A stretch of 63,087 nucleotides of DNA, filler included, from Octopus bimaculoides (Eukaryota): assembly GCF_001194135.2 (NCBI RefSeq). It is 6 parts of 5 records of this genome, joined end to end, with 100 filler letters (N's around TTAATTAATTAA, not from the genome) between each part and the next. Parts side by side here need not be neighbours in the genome. Positions count along the whole stretch, not along the records: positions 8,884 to 34,424 come from NC_068995.1; positions 34,525 to 57,129 come from NC_068989.1; 4 more parts are not named here. One strand, given 5' to 3'. The notes below the pieces were generated by a model. It saw only the letters and a program-made list of their open reading frames with translations. It was not told the DNA's origin and searched no databases. Positions 28,652 through 41,269 of this stretch are shown here, one piece after another. The translations under genes were made by a program, and so were the position numbers. Position 1 is the first letter of the stretch. Every line of letters begins with the position of its first letter.

Positions 28652-29220
28652 TCACTGAGGCGATGACTACGGACCGAGACCTTTGGAAATGGGCTGTGCG
28701 TGAGAAGACCCGGCAAGCCAAGTAAGATCGTTGCCAGTGCCCCTGGACTGGTTCTTGTGCGGGTGGCACATGAGATGCACCATTTTGAGCGTGGCCGTTG
28801 CCAGTACCGCCTGACTGGCTCCTGTAGGATTTTCGAGCGAGATCGTTGCCAGTGCCCCTGGACTGGCTTGTGCGGGTGGCACATAAAAGACACCATTTCG
28901 AGCGTGGCCGTTTTCGTGCGGGTGACACGTAAAAGCATCCACTACACTCTCTGAGTGGTTGGCGTTAGGAAGGGCATCCAGCTGTAGAAACTCTGCCAAA
29001 TCAGACTGGAGCCTGGTGTTGCCATCCGGTTTCACCAGTCCTCAGTCAAATCGTCCAACCCATGCTAGCATGGAAAGCGGACGTTAAACGATGATGATGA
29101 TGATGTGTGTGTGTGTGTAAACTACATGGTGTGTCTTTGTATACATTACACCATCATTATATGCACAATTGCACGTATACACACTTATATATAGTGCATG
29201 TATGTGTATATTTATGAATG

Positions 29221-29265
<45 letters not shown>

Positions 29266-29272
29266 ATGTATG

Positions 29273-29307
<35 letters not shown>

Positions 29308-29679
29308 CTGTCTGTCTGTATGTATGTATGTATATATATGTGTGTGTGTGTGTATGTATGTATGTTTCAATACATACACACACACACTCATGCTATGCAG
29401 TCAGCCAACTAAGTCTGATAAGGACCAATTCTTGAAATAGCATCAGTTGTAAACCTACATTGAATTATAAAACACAGCTTCTTTCTTTCTTTCTCCCTCT
29501 CTCTTCCTCTCTCTCTCTCTCTCTCTCTCTTTCACACCAACCCAGTTATTTCCTTATCTCCACAACTCTTACTTCCTTGCTCATCCCCTCCCTTACTACC
29601 GTTTGCTTTATCCTTTCCTTGTTTCGTGTGTTAGTCACTCTAAACCCTTCCTTATATCTCACTCTCACTCACTCTCTCT

Positions 29680-29905
29680 CTCTTTCTCTTTCTCACTCCA
29701 TACCCTCTCTCTCCCTCTCACTCCATACTCTCTCTCTCTCTCACTCCATACTCTCTCTCTCTCACTCCATACTCTCTCCNNNNNNNNNNNNNNNNNNNNN
29801 NNNNNNNNNNNNNNNNNNNNNNNNNNNNNNNNNCTCTCTCACTCCATACTCTCTCTCTCTCTCTCTCTCTCACTCCATACTCTCTCTCTCTCACTCCATA
29901 CTCTC
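29680..29905. repeat. Minisatellite of (CT)n-CACTCCATA units
   Basis: CTCACTCCATACTCTCT repeated in tandem across a small gap. Confidence 0.85.
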
Positions 29906-30709
29906 TCCCTCTCTTTCTCTCACACTCCTTCTCTCTCCCTCTCTCTTTCCATCTTATCTTTTCCGTTATTTATCGACTCATTCTCTGTCTCACTCTCTTT
30001 CCCTCCCTCTCTCTCTTTTTTTCATTTCTCTCTCACATTCTCTCCCCCCCCTTTCCCCTCCCTCTCTCTTCGTCTTCTTTCCTTCTCCACACCTTTCTTT
30101 CTCTAACAGCAGCAGACGAAACACAGACAAACATACACAAAACCTTGTTCCTTTCAAGGATGTCAAACTATTTATACCACAATTCATAACCACCACCACC
30201 ACCACCATCACCAACACCACCACCATCGTCACCACTGCCACCACTCTTCCCTACCACCATCACCACGTCAACTATAATCCCTTCATCCACCATCCCCTCT
30301 TTGATATAACCGCCCTCCACCTCCCATAACAAAGTGCAGATAGGGCTTAACAAGGGCTACTAAAAGGTGACTTGACTCTTGGATTTGATGCCAATCGGGA
30401 AGTTTGGAGCCAAACTGCTTGTGTACGCAGGCTGTTCTTTGCCAAATTGGCAACAGATTTCTGGTTACATAGCAACTACCACCACCACCACCACTTCTAC
30501 AACAACAACAACCATTACCAACATCACCACCACCACCACCACTTCTGCCATCACAACCACTACCACCACTATCGATAACACACACACAATGACAAAAGAA
30601 GGTTCAACACTGAAAATATTAGGGAGGCGGAATGTAGGTATTTGTCCCATATAAAGGACAAATGCCTGTTACAATGACACAAATTTGTAAAGATCTCTTA
30701 CAACCATAC

Positions 30710-30748
30710 TTCATTGACGAGCTCTGATAAGAGCAAAACATGTCTGAA
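30710..30748 (+). ncRNA. Decayed minimal type I hammerhead ribozyme motif
   Basis: TTCA-TTGACGA-GCTCT-GATA-AGAGC-AAAA-CATG-T-C-TGAA: all three stems pair and the triplet is GUC, but the core has C3U and G12A. Confidence 0.5.
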
Positions 30749-31681
30749 ATTGTTATATCAAAGTTGCTTCCCTTTCATACCTTGAACAGAATTAACCCTT
30801 AAAATAAATAATTTGTCTCTCAACCTCTTAGCAACGATTGTAATTTTCATTGACGTTAATAAATATTTGTTTTAGTTCCTATATCATTTCAAAGTTGCCT
30901 CCCTTTCATATCTTGAACAGAATTTACCCTTATATAGTTTGTCTCTTGTTCTTGTTCTTGTTGCTGGCACTCCATTGCTTACAACGTCGAGGGTTCCAGT
31001 TGATCCGATCAACGGAACAGCCTGCTCGTGAAATTAACGTGCAAGTGGCTGAGCACTCCACAGACACGTGTATCCTTAACGTAGTTCTCAGGGATATTCA
31101 GCGTGACACAGTGTGACAAGGCTGACCCCTTTGAATTACAGGCACAACAGAAACAGGAAGAAAGAGTGAGAGAAAGTTGTGGTGGAAGAGTACAGCAGGG
31201 TTCGCCACCATCCCCTGCCGGAGCCTCGTGGAGCTTTAGGTGTTTTCGCTCAATAAACACTCACAACGCCCGGTCTGGGAATCGAAACCGCGATCCTATG
31301 ACCGCGAGTCCGCTGCCNNNNNNNNNNNNNNNNNNNNNNNNNNNNNNNNNNNNNNNNNNNNNNNNNNNNNNNNNNNNNNNNNNNNNNNNNNNNNNNNNNN
31401 NNNNNNNNNNNNNNNNNNNNNNNNNNNNNNNNNNNNNNNNNNNNNNNNNNNNNNNNNNNNNNNNNNNNNNNNNNNNNNNNNNNNNNNNNNNNNNNNNNNN
31501 NNNNNNNNNNNNNNNNNNNNNNNNNNNNNNNNNNNNNNNNNNNNNNNNNNNNNNNNNNNNNNNNNNNNNNNNNNNNNNNNNNNNNNNNNNNNNNNNNNNN
31601 NNNNNNNNNNNNNNNNNNNNNNNNNNNNNNNNNNNNNNNNNNNNNNNNNNNNNNNNNNNNNNNNNNNNNNNNNNNNNNNNN

Positions 31682-31729
<48 letters not shown>

Positions 31730-33698
31730 TCACAAATATATCCACAGTTTATTATTGGTACTTATGTTAATGAGACGCTCCTCTCTTTCCAAGGAAAGTG
31801 AAGACCAAGTGTATGTGTATGGCAACTTGTGATGTGTGTGTCTGTGTGTGTGTTAACCATTCTACTGTGATACAGATGTTCACATATTGGTTTAAAATAT
31901 TTCAGGGAAGGGAAGTAAGCTGATGGCATCGACCCCAGTATTCAACTGGTACTTATTTTATCAATTACTAAAGGACGAAATGCAACATTGACCTGAGCAG
32001 AATTTGAAATGGGAACCTAAAGCATTTTGTCCGGCGTGCTAGCAACTCTGCCAGCTCGTCGCCTTTCAGACATACACATATTAACAAATATAAATACACA
32101 CATCCACATATGCGTAAATGGAGTAATGTTGCCCGGAGTATACCGGTCCAGACGAAAATACGACATGGTTATCGTTGGAATGGTTGGTGTTTTGTTTATA
32201 GGTCGGTGTGGCTTAGTCTTGGAGCTAAATAACGACCATGTTTAAACCGTCATTCAATGCCAATTTAACCACGACTATTTAATAACGATAGAAAAAGCAT
32301 TATATTGGTTTCATTTCAGCTTTCATCATCATCATCATGGTCGTCGTTTAACGTCCGATTTCCATGCTAGCATGGGTTGGACGATTTCACTGAGGACTGG
32401 TGAAGCAAGATGGCTACACCAGGCTCCAATCTGATTTGGCAGAGTTTCTGCAGCTGGATGCCCTTCCTAACACCAACCACTCCGAGAGTGTAGTGGGTGC
32501 TTTTACGTGCCACCGGCACGAAGGCCAGTCAGGCGGTACTGGCAACAGCCACACTCAAAATGGTGTATTTTACGTGCCACCTGCACAGGAGCCAGTTCAG
32601 CAGCACTNNNNNNNNNNNNNNNNNNNNNNNNNNNNNNNNNNNNNNNNNNNNNNNNNNNNNNNNNNNNNNNNNNNNNNNNNNNNNNNNNNNNNNNNNNNNN
32701 NNNNNNNNNNNNNNNNNNNNNNNNNNNNNNNNNNNNNNNNNNNNNNNNNNNNNNNNNNNNNNNNNNNNNNNNNNNNNNNNNNNNNNNNNNNNNNNNNNNN
32801 NNNNNNNNNNNNNNNNNNNNNNNNNNNNNNNNNNNNNNNNNNNNNNNNNNNNNNNNNNNNNNNNNNNNNNNNNNNNNNNNNNNNNNNNNNNNNNNNNNNN
32901 NNNNNNNNNNNNNNNNNNNNNNNNNNNNNNNNNNNNNNNNNNNNNNNNNNNNNNNNNNNNNNNNNNNNNNNNNNNNNNNNNNNNNNNNNNNNNNNNNNNN
33001 NNNNNNNNNNNNNTTTATCCTGTTTTGTCAATGAGGAATTTGAACTCGCAAAGTTCTTTCGTTACGGAGGGTGTGTAAACAATGAAACGATTGCCACTCC
33101 TTGGATAACATTCGAGACTTGAATTTAATACTATGATTTAAAGCTACTTTGTTTTTATTTACTCTCCTCATAATCAATGCCATTAATTTGTCTTCCTTCC
33201 TTCTTCCTTTTTCCTTTTTGTATTTTCCTTTTTTTTTTTTTTTTCATTTCCTGACAACGAACTTTCATTTCATATCCTTCTTCAAACGACTGCTTCAATG
33301 ACCTAACGTAACGTCATTTCAGCGGTGTGTTGAGAGAACAACAAAATAACTTGTCTCTTATTTGTTCCATCTCCTTACGTTCTGAGTTCAAATTCCGCCA
33401 AGGTCATCCTTCCCTTTCATCCTTCCAAGGTCGATAAAATTAAAATGTTAGTTTAGTTCTGGGGATGAATAAACTGATTAAACCCACGCCCCAAAGCCTG
33501 AGACCTTGTCAAATTGTCATAGTAGTAGTTGTAACGGTGCTGATAGCAATAAGAGCTAAAACCAAGCTGGAGCACCACCTTGAGAGTTAAATGTACTGTC
33601 ATTTGTGCCATCTCTCTATATATATGTGTGTGTTCTTCGGTGTCCAAAGTTGGTGAATAATAACAAGGCTAGAAATTTTAGAGGAGGGGATTATGTCA

Positions 33699-33851
33699 GT
33701 AAATTTTCAGATTAACACCCGCACAATTTTCACTAGGGTATTAGGGTTAGGGTTAAGGTTAGGGTTATAATTTTAGGGTTAGGGTTAGGGACGGAATTCT
33801 CACCCTAACACCCTAGTGAAAATCGTGTGGGTGTTAATCTGAAAATTTAGC
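33699..33851. mobile_element. Foldback MITE with internal TTAGGG repeats and a 9-bp target site duplication (Mutator-like)
   Basis: About 47-bp terminal inverted repeats; ATTATGTCA on both sides (33690-98 and 33852-60); interrupts a family C SINE. Confidence 0.75.
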
Positions 33852-34109
33852 ATTATGTCAATTACATCGATCCTAGTTTTCAACAAGTACTTATTTTATT
33901 AACCCTGTAAGGATAAAAGGCAAAGTCGACCTCGGCAGGATTGGAACTCAGAACATAAAGACGGATACAACGCCGATAAACAATTTTTTCCGGCGCAGTA
34001 AAGGTTCTGCCTGCTTGCCATCTAAACATCATCATCATCACCAACATATTATTATTATTATTATTATTATTATTATCATTATTATTATTTCTACTGGAAA
34101 CTGCTGCTG

Positions 34110-34424
34110 AGACCTCCATCGGTCATGACTGACCATGGGATTGCACCCAGAAAGTTACCCTCCGAGGTACAAGTCCGGGCAAGGTTGTTTATAGAAGACC
34201 AGCAGTCGCCCATGCATACCGGCCTCCCCTCTCCACGCCACCAGTGATATCCAAGGGAAAGGCAAAGGCTGATACAGCTTGGCACCAGTGACGTCACAAC
34301 TCATTTCTACAGCTGAGTGAACTGGAGCAACGTGAAATGGAGTGTCTTGCTCAAGAACACAACACGCAGCCCGGTCCAGGATTCGAACTCACAACCTCAC
34401 AATCGTAAGCTCAACGCTCTAACC
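34110..34424 (-). mobile_element. tRNA-derived SINE, same family as the 16500-17125 element
   Basis: Reverse complement of the GGTTAGAG...GTTCGAATCC...CTTGAGCAAGACAC head and body. Confidence 0.8.
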
Positions 34425-34529
34425 NNNNNNNNNNNNNNNNNNNNNNNNNNNNNNNNNNNNNNNNNNNNTTAATTAATTAANNNNNNNNNNNNNNNNNNNN
34501 NNNNNNNNNNNNNNNNNNNNNNNNACTTT

Positions 34530-36083
34530 ATGAATATTATTTCCAAACACCCATCCATTGTCGTCTACCATAAAGAGGCTATGAGCACAATCAAACACTG
34601 CCACGACAAGAAACACTTTCACATAATATCTTTCCATAAGGAACATCCTTCAAACCAACACAGCTTTCAAATGCTGAAAAATATACTGAGAAACAACATC
34701 GCAAAACCATACGACATGGCAGCCATGAAGTTATTTACTCCTTATGGATTTTGCAAATATCTGACTCAGAACGATTCATTAAGATGGGTAGTATGTGCTA
34801 ATAACATAAACTCGGAGCAGCAAACAGCTTTACTTCAAAAGCTAACTGACAAAGACTACGATAACACTGATGACGACATATCCGAAGCTGAATCTATAAA
34901 CAGAACAAAAACAGTTAGAGGCGATAAATATAACTTTATCAAAAAAATGATGAGGCAGTGTAACAGCACCGACCTCGGAGATATAATTCACTACTGTAAT
35001 AACTCCCCTAAACTGTCTCACAGAACAACATGGTCCAACATCTACAGAAACACAGCGAACATTCAAACAATAATATCAGCAGCAGCCACAGAAACAAATA
35101 TTGAAACTCTAAGCACACCCATATGGCAGCAAATCAACGATAAAAAAAACCTTTTCATGAATAATATGAACAATTATCATGACATACAAACATCACTAAA
35201 CATATATGAAGAATGGTTAAATCACCATAACATAAATCCACAAACATTTGCCCAGCAAACGTTTGATATCTGCCATAAAATTAATCCTAAAGTAAACGGA
35301 TTACACATCACAGGCGTCAGCAACTCCGGAAAAAGCTACATTCTCAGGTCGATTCGCAACGGATTAATGAACTGCGGAAGAATGAGATGTCAAGCGAGTG
35401 ATAATTTCACATTCGGATCATGTATAGACAAGACTCTTATCTATACAGACGAGATGTGGTTCACGACTAACAATATAGAAGAAGCTAAATGCATTTTGGA
35501 AGGCACACAAACATACATTAACATAAAACATCAGAACGAACGAATTCTGAAAAGAACACCATCACTATCGACTAGCAACACACCGCCATGGAGAGTAGTG
35601 ATGCAAGACGAAGACGCTCTGAAAAATAGACTATACTTATTCGAAACGAGAGCACCTATGCCACAACTTAAAGAATGGGGAAGAGTTGAATTAAACCCGC
35701 TTATGTGGATAACTATATGGAGAGATTTTATAAACAAATACGTGACAAACACATACAACAAAACGTTCGTCTCTGAAAATACACCGAAAAAATCCACACT
35801 ATACAACGCAGAAAACACGACATACACTTCACCAAAGAAACGGTCTGAATTGACAAATAAAAAAAGGAAGCTAGAAGATATGCTATACACACCACAAAAC
35901 ACCAAAACTCCTTGGGAATCCCCAAGATATTCGCCTACAAAGAAATGCAAGCTAGACGAAGAACAACAAGCCCAAAGCTGTATTTACCACGGAGAACCGA
36001 TCACATGCATTTTCGATAGTGATGAAGAAGACTTCGAAACACAACAACCCATTGAATGGTCGCCATTACCAGACGACATATGA
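34530..36083 (+). CDS. Endogenous parvovirus-like NS1, copy A (HUH nickase plus SF3 helicase); 5' end hidden in a gap
   Basis: 517 stop-free codons; HFHIISFH (HUH), YGFCKYL (catalytic Tyr helix), GVSNSGKS (Walker A), LIYTDE (Walker B), KCILEG-TYINIKH (B'), STSN (motif C). Confidence 0.92.
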   Translation: MNIISKHPSIVVYHKEAMSTIKHCHDKKHFHIISFHKEHPSNQHSFQMLKNILRNNIAKPYDMAAMKLFTPYGFCKYLTQNDSLRWVVCANNINSEQQTALLQKLTDKDYDNTDDDISEAESINRTKTVRGDKYNFIKKMMRQCNSTDLGDIIHYCNNSPKLSHRTTWSNIYRNTANIQTIISAAATETNIETLSTPIWQQINDKKNLFMNNMNNYHDIQTSLNIYEEWLNHHNINPQTFAQQTFDICHKINPKVNGLHITGVSNSGKSYILRSIRNGLMNCGRMRCQASDNFTFGSCIDKTLIYTDEMWFTTNNIEEAKCILEGTQTYINIKHQNERILKRTPSLSTSNTPPWRVVMQDEDALKNRLYLFETRAPMPQLKEWGRVELNPLMWITIWRDFINKYVTNTYNKTFVSENTPKKSTLYNAENTTYTSPKKRSELTNKKRKLEDMLYTPQNTKTPWESPRYSPTKKCKLDEEQQAQSCIYHGEPITCIFDSDEEDFETQQPIEWSPLPDDI

Positions 36084-36229
36084 CAACCAAAGAACATTAC
36101 TAATTACTTATACTCTAGACAACTGCATGCAAGTAAACTAAAATTTTATTTTAGAAAAGATCCTTTTTTTACTAGAGCTTTTCATTTATTGGACACTGAA
36201 CATTTTTTCGATTTTTCTTGTTTTTAATA

Positions 36230-36651
36230 CGCATGCGCAAGTTTTCACAAGCGATTTTTCACTGCCAGTGATGTGCGCGTGCGGAAGTTCCTTAATAAAC
36301 AGTGTGTAAACCTATATATCTTGTTTGTTATTATTATATATATATATATATATATAAGAAGAAGAAGAAGAAGAAGAAGATGAACGCGCTCGCGCGACCT
36401 GTGCGCCAGTGGAAAATGTAAGTTGTGAGACGCGCGCATGCGCGAATGTTTCACAAGCGGTTTTTCACTGGTGTGTATTGAATAAGGTAAGAAATTAGAC
36501 GGGGCACCTCTAGCACCAGCGCTGGCTCGCTTTCATACTATTCTTTTCTATTCTAAACCATCGCCGAAAATTCACTGCAACAAGTGCTTGTGCGCCAATA
36601 TCTACTAACGCGCCCGACAAGGGCGCCCTTGTCGGGCGCGTTAGTAGATAT
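36230..36651. other. GC-rich repeat and hairpin cluster downstream of NS1-A (candidate viral terminus or origin)
   Basis: Direct repeat 36230-64 / 36435-70; imperfect hairpin 36406-36471; AATAAA at 36294; perfect 54-bp palindrome 36598-36651. Confidence 0.7.
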
Positions 36652-36899
36652 GTCTCACTGGAGAGGTAGGAGAACAAAATGCACCCCCAGCTGGTATTAA
36701 GAGAACAGAATCTAGACAAGTCTCACTAAGTTAAAGTGTGAAATAGGAGAAAAGCCCCTCAATTACATTTTTTCAGTAAATGAACATAACCATGACCCCA
36801 GATTCTAACAAGGTTAAGACAGCCAAAGTAACGAACACCATAAAAACAGTTGCTTTGACCAAAAGGGTCAGATCTGTAAATATTATTGTAGGTGCCATA

Positions 36900-37935
36900 T
36901 GTCAACAACGCCATTTTTAGAAAAGACCCTTCAAAGATTAACGTCCGACATCTACAGAAAGGAGCAGTGCCAAAGTCTAAAATACCAATGAGAACTGGAG
37001 CAAATCAGTGGTGAATGGAAAACAACAGGAGCTCTAGAATATCAGGATTTCCTCATTTATGACAATGGACCTGAATCGACAGAGAGAATTGTAATGTCTG
37101 CAACTAACCAGGCACTTTTAACATTTAACCTACAGTACCACATCGTTTATGGATGGGACTTTTGCAACAGCTCCAAAAATTTTCCAGCAACTGTACATCA
37201 TCCAAGTTCCCTTTGGCCTATCTGCTGTAATGTGTGTGTATGCCTTTCTGCCTGCAAAGTCACAATCCACCTGTGAAGGACACCTCAGGGCAATCTTCGA
37301 TAAATGTAATCATCTGGGATTCAATCCTGATAACACCACCATGATGACTGATTTTAAACATGCAATGCTCAGGACCACATGTTATCTCATGGCTGTTTCA
37401 ACTATCTGATCGAAAGTACATAGAGAAAGGTGCAAACTTTAGGAGTGACTCCTACTACATACAAGAGTGATGATTGAGTAAAACATTTTTGTGGAATGTT
37501 GGATGGACCAGCTTTTCTACCTATAAACAAAGTGGCCAGTGAGATGGGTTGTCTGATGGAGAACATACCTGATGTTGAAAGACTGCAAGACCTAGTGAAT
37601 TATTTCAGTAGCAAACGTGGCATCCAGTCACCAGCTCTTTCTGGTGGAATAATTCTTCCAGTATGCATCAGAAGGATTCCTCCCCTGTTTCTGCCACAGT
37701 CATGGAATGTCCACCAGGAAACACAACCATCTGGAAGGCCATTGAAAGTATTAGAAAGGATCAAGCTCTAGTATCAACAGCCCTGATGAAGGATGCTCAT
37801 AGTGAGCCTCCAAGAGACAAATGTGTCACAAAAGAACATCAACAATGTTTAAAGAACCTGTCAGGACTATGTGAATGAGAAGACCATGAAGAAATTTCTC
37901 AATGACGTAGGACACAGCATCAGACTAGTAAAATG
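36900..37935 (+). pseudogene. MULE (Mutator) transposase remnant
   Basis: FLIYDNGPE..RIV, MDGTFATAPKIFQQLYII..VYAFLPAKS, MMTDF and MLDGPAFLP segments, with frameshifts. Confidence 0.85.
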
Positions 37936-39499
37936 AACCTTAAAGCATCACCAGTAGGGTAATGACTTTTTAATTTTTTCTGAAATTGAACACAGCCAGG
38001 GTAACTTGCAGTTCATTTTTTTTTTTAAACTTTCAAAAACCTCCCCTACCAACCAATATTTCTATTTTCAAATGCATCACACTTGCATTGCCTTAGTCAA
38101 ACTCACATTACGTTCGGCATTAGTTCTTCACACTATTTTATTAGATTTAAAGGAGTTTATGACTGAAGTTACTTCCTGGCCAAATGCCAATAATATATAC
38201 AGTAGTAAAAGTTGTATCACATCTTGTGTAGTATTATTTGTTGTTGAGATAATCCATGAATGCATTGTTCTTTCTATTACAGATATTAAAATATATTGCT
38301 TTAATCAGTGAAATAAAAACATCAATCATGCCATTTAAGCAGTCAAGTCAAGCAGTTGCAGAAAACAAAAAAAAGTGGCAAATAAAATATAACTAACTTT
38401 GAAAAGTCTGTTAAAAAGCGAAGAATAATACCTAATGTGGAACATGAGTTGACTGAACTAACTAGATTCCCCAGAAAATCCAGCATCATTGGAAGGTATA
38501 ATGCATTAGCAAAAGTTAAAAAATCCAGACATGCAAGAAATCAGCTCATTGCTCAGGAACTAGAGAATCTATATAAACAAAAAATTTGATTTTCTGTGTA
38601 TAACATTAAAGTCTGTTGTAAGAAAAGTAAATACCCTGTTGACAAGATGGAAGACACATGGAAAGGAAAAACTGAATCACCAAATATATCATATCTTTCA
38701 TAGACGATTTAATAAAATAAACTGAGGATTTGGTGACAGAATGGAAACCAGGCAAAGCAAAACTTCAAATGGATGATAAAAATCAGGTTGGAGAGATGAC
38801 CTTAAGTTTTTCTTTGAACTTGGGTCATGCTTTCCAATTTTATCAGCAACAAAGCATTTTCCCAGAAATTAAGTTTAGAAAACTTCCTAGTCTTAGCAAT
38901 GCATGCTGGAATTCATGAGCAATCTTGGCCATCCTCACATACAAGATTCTACCACAAAATAGAGAAAAACTGTGTATTGTTTCATCAGTCGAAACTGGAT
39001 GGAAATGTGGTTCTTTTGACCAAAGGCCTACTAGAAACTTTCAGAAGCAGTTTCTGAATATACTAAAGCAAGGTAATGTTTGAAAGTTAATTGGAATCTT
39101 GTAGAAGCAGTAATTCAAGATGTTCAGTGTTGAAATATATGTGCTGAATGTGCAGTAAAAATAATGGAGGAATTAGATTGCAGGTCTTCTGAAAAATTAA
39201 ATTTGCAATTTGTTTTAACCAATAAGGATCTCTGAAAACTGCTGTTGTATTATTAAGCTGCACTTATTACATTAACAATGCATAACAGTACGTCTTATTA
39301 TTTGAACAATACATGCATGTCGAAAGTAAAAGTGTTGTCAAATAGTGGGGGAGATTTTTGTGTCAAAGGAAGAAATGATGTATTTTGGTATAATATTAAA
39401 GAGAGCTAGACCAGTTGATATAAAGTAACTGTGTTGTAAAGTTGTCTTGAGTTCAATTTTTGTAGTGGACGGATTGCATGGGGGCCAACTCTTGGGTGG

Positions 39500-39720
39500 A
39501 TTTTAAAATTAATGCCAACATCATTTGTGCAATATTAATGGAATATTTTCCAGATCATACAAATGGTGTAGCAATGTTGGAGAGAGTAGAGATTTCATAA
39601 AATTCAAAAGTTCTCAGGACAAGTTTCTCAAAAAAATCCCAGACCAACCTCCTACACCCGGATATGTCTCTAACAATAATAACACTTTGCTAGAGTGGGT
39701 CATGGTGTCCCATATATGAC
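39500..39720 (+). mobile_element. CR1/Jockey-group LINE ORF2 extreme C-terminus
   Basis: FKSSQDKFLKKIPDQPPTPGY...NNTLLEW matches the FK..LD.FL..IPD.P...GY tail. Confidence 0.65.
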
Positions 39721-40499
39721 TGAGGTGTGAATCACAATCTAAAAGACTTCACCAAGTGGTGCTGTTAAGTTAGACATGGCCTGGGGCTATATTGGTCGAA
39801 ACTTATTTAAGTTATCACAAACCTGGTGACTAAAGACAGAATGATGAGAAAAAGACAAAGGAAGCCAAAAGACTCCAACAACACTATCAAGATGTTACTT
39901 TCCTTGATCAGATATGATGATATCAAGTGAAAAGATAGGTGACTTTTTTTTAACTAGAATGTGAAATGGCTACACGAAGTTTTGCTACTTCTTGTGCCTG
40001 TGGGAAATATGAACTAGTCAGCAGGATTGGCCAGTTGGTCATGAGTGGAGACCAGGGAATAAATGTATTCCATACTCACCACTAGTTCCACTCTTCCTCA
40101 AAATCCAACCCTTGGTGGGAAGGTTAAACAAGTAAATGTCAGAGCTATGCTGTCCAGGACTGAGTCCCTGATGGGGCCACCCAAAGCAGACAGGTCTGAC
40201 CCTGGCGGTGCTAGGACTGCAACCTGGCTAACTGGAGGAAAATGGTGAATTCCAAGAGGCATATATTTCAGAATCCAGTGGCTTCCTGATGGCATTGGAT
40301 CGTGTCTACAGGTATCGTACGGTAAAAAGGCATAACACAAGGATGACCTGCCACTGACTATGTATAGTGGCTAATGAATACAGACAGGAACCGTTTTCAC
40401 GGACTCTTATCATCCCTTGAAACTCGTATGAACTCACAATACAATGAGCTCAATAGAGACCAGCTTAACCACTCCTGGATGAATGCCATTACAACAACA

Positions 40500-40620
40500 A
40501 ACTAGTTCCACTTGATTTGTGTTACCACCACTATACATTAAACTTGGAATCTTTAAAGATTTTGTGAAATCAACAGACCTTAGGGGCAGCCTGTCAAGTT
40601 GCTGAAAGACATCGTTCCTC
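40500..40620 (+). pseudogene. DNA-transposase fragment with an LPPL(H/Y)IKLG motif (Chapaev/CMC-like, tentative)
   Basis: VLPPLYIKLGIFKDFVKSTD in one frame; short and degenerate. Confidence 0.4.
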
Positions 40621-41269
40621 AATTAAACAAAGCAAAGATAAAGCTTTAGTGCACTGCTGTCACAATTAGTCACTGTATGAGTTTTCTCTTGTGGCTACAG
40701 GTGTATTGTGTAACCTTGAGAGGTGTGCACAAAATAAACACTTAGCAAAGTTTATTTCCAGTAGTTTAAACTGGAGACAGCCTACTTTCAATTCTGGACA
40801 GGACTAAACTTAAGTTGTCGGATGCCATTTCGTAGTTATTTGCTTTCCACAAATACACAATTTCTAAAATTGATCATAGTTTTATGGATTTTTCTTAGAC
40901 AAAAAATGCACCTGCATTTGTTGATGGCTTCTTGGAAGAAATCTTCAAAATCATGGTCTAAGTCAGAATCAAAGAAAAATTCATTCATAAAGATATCGAT
41001 GGTTAAGTAGTTGGAGGTGATGGTAAGGACAATGGCAGTGTTTACAGTGATAGTGACAGTGATGTACCAAATGGATACCATCGTCCTTGATTGGCCGAGT
41101 TTAAAGAAAATACTGGCCAAAGTAGAGAAAACAGAATTCAGTGATTACAGGAAGTTGGAAAAACAAGTGAAGGAAAGACAAAAAATACTATATAGAAGTT
41201 ATTGTGCAATGCCGAGGACTATGACAATATTTATAGCTAAGTAAATTAAATTGAATTCCTAGGGGAGGG

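Noticed and set aside
29460-30654. ORFs rich in S/L, T, H or G
   Set aside because: They are translations of (CT)n and (CAC)n low-complexity DNA with no domain signal.
38300-39100. Possible further transposase remnant (EWKPGKAKLQMDDK, LNLGHAFQFY)
   Set aside because: It looks coding-derived, but I cannot assign a family from motifs.
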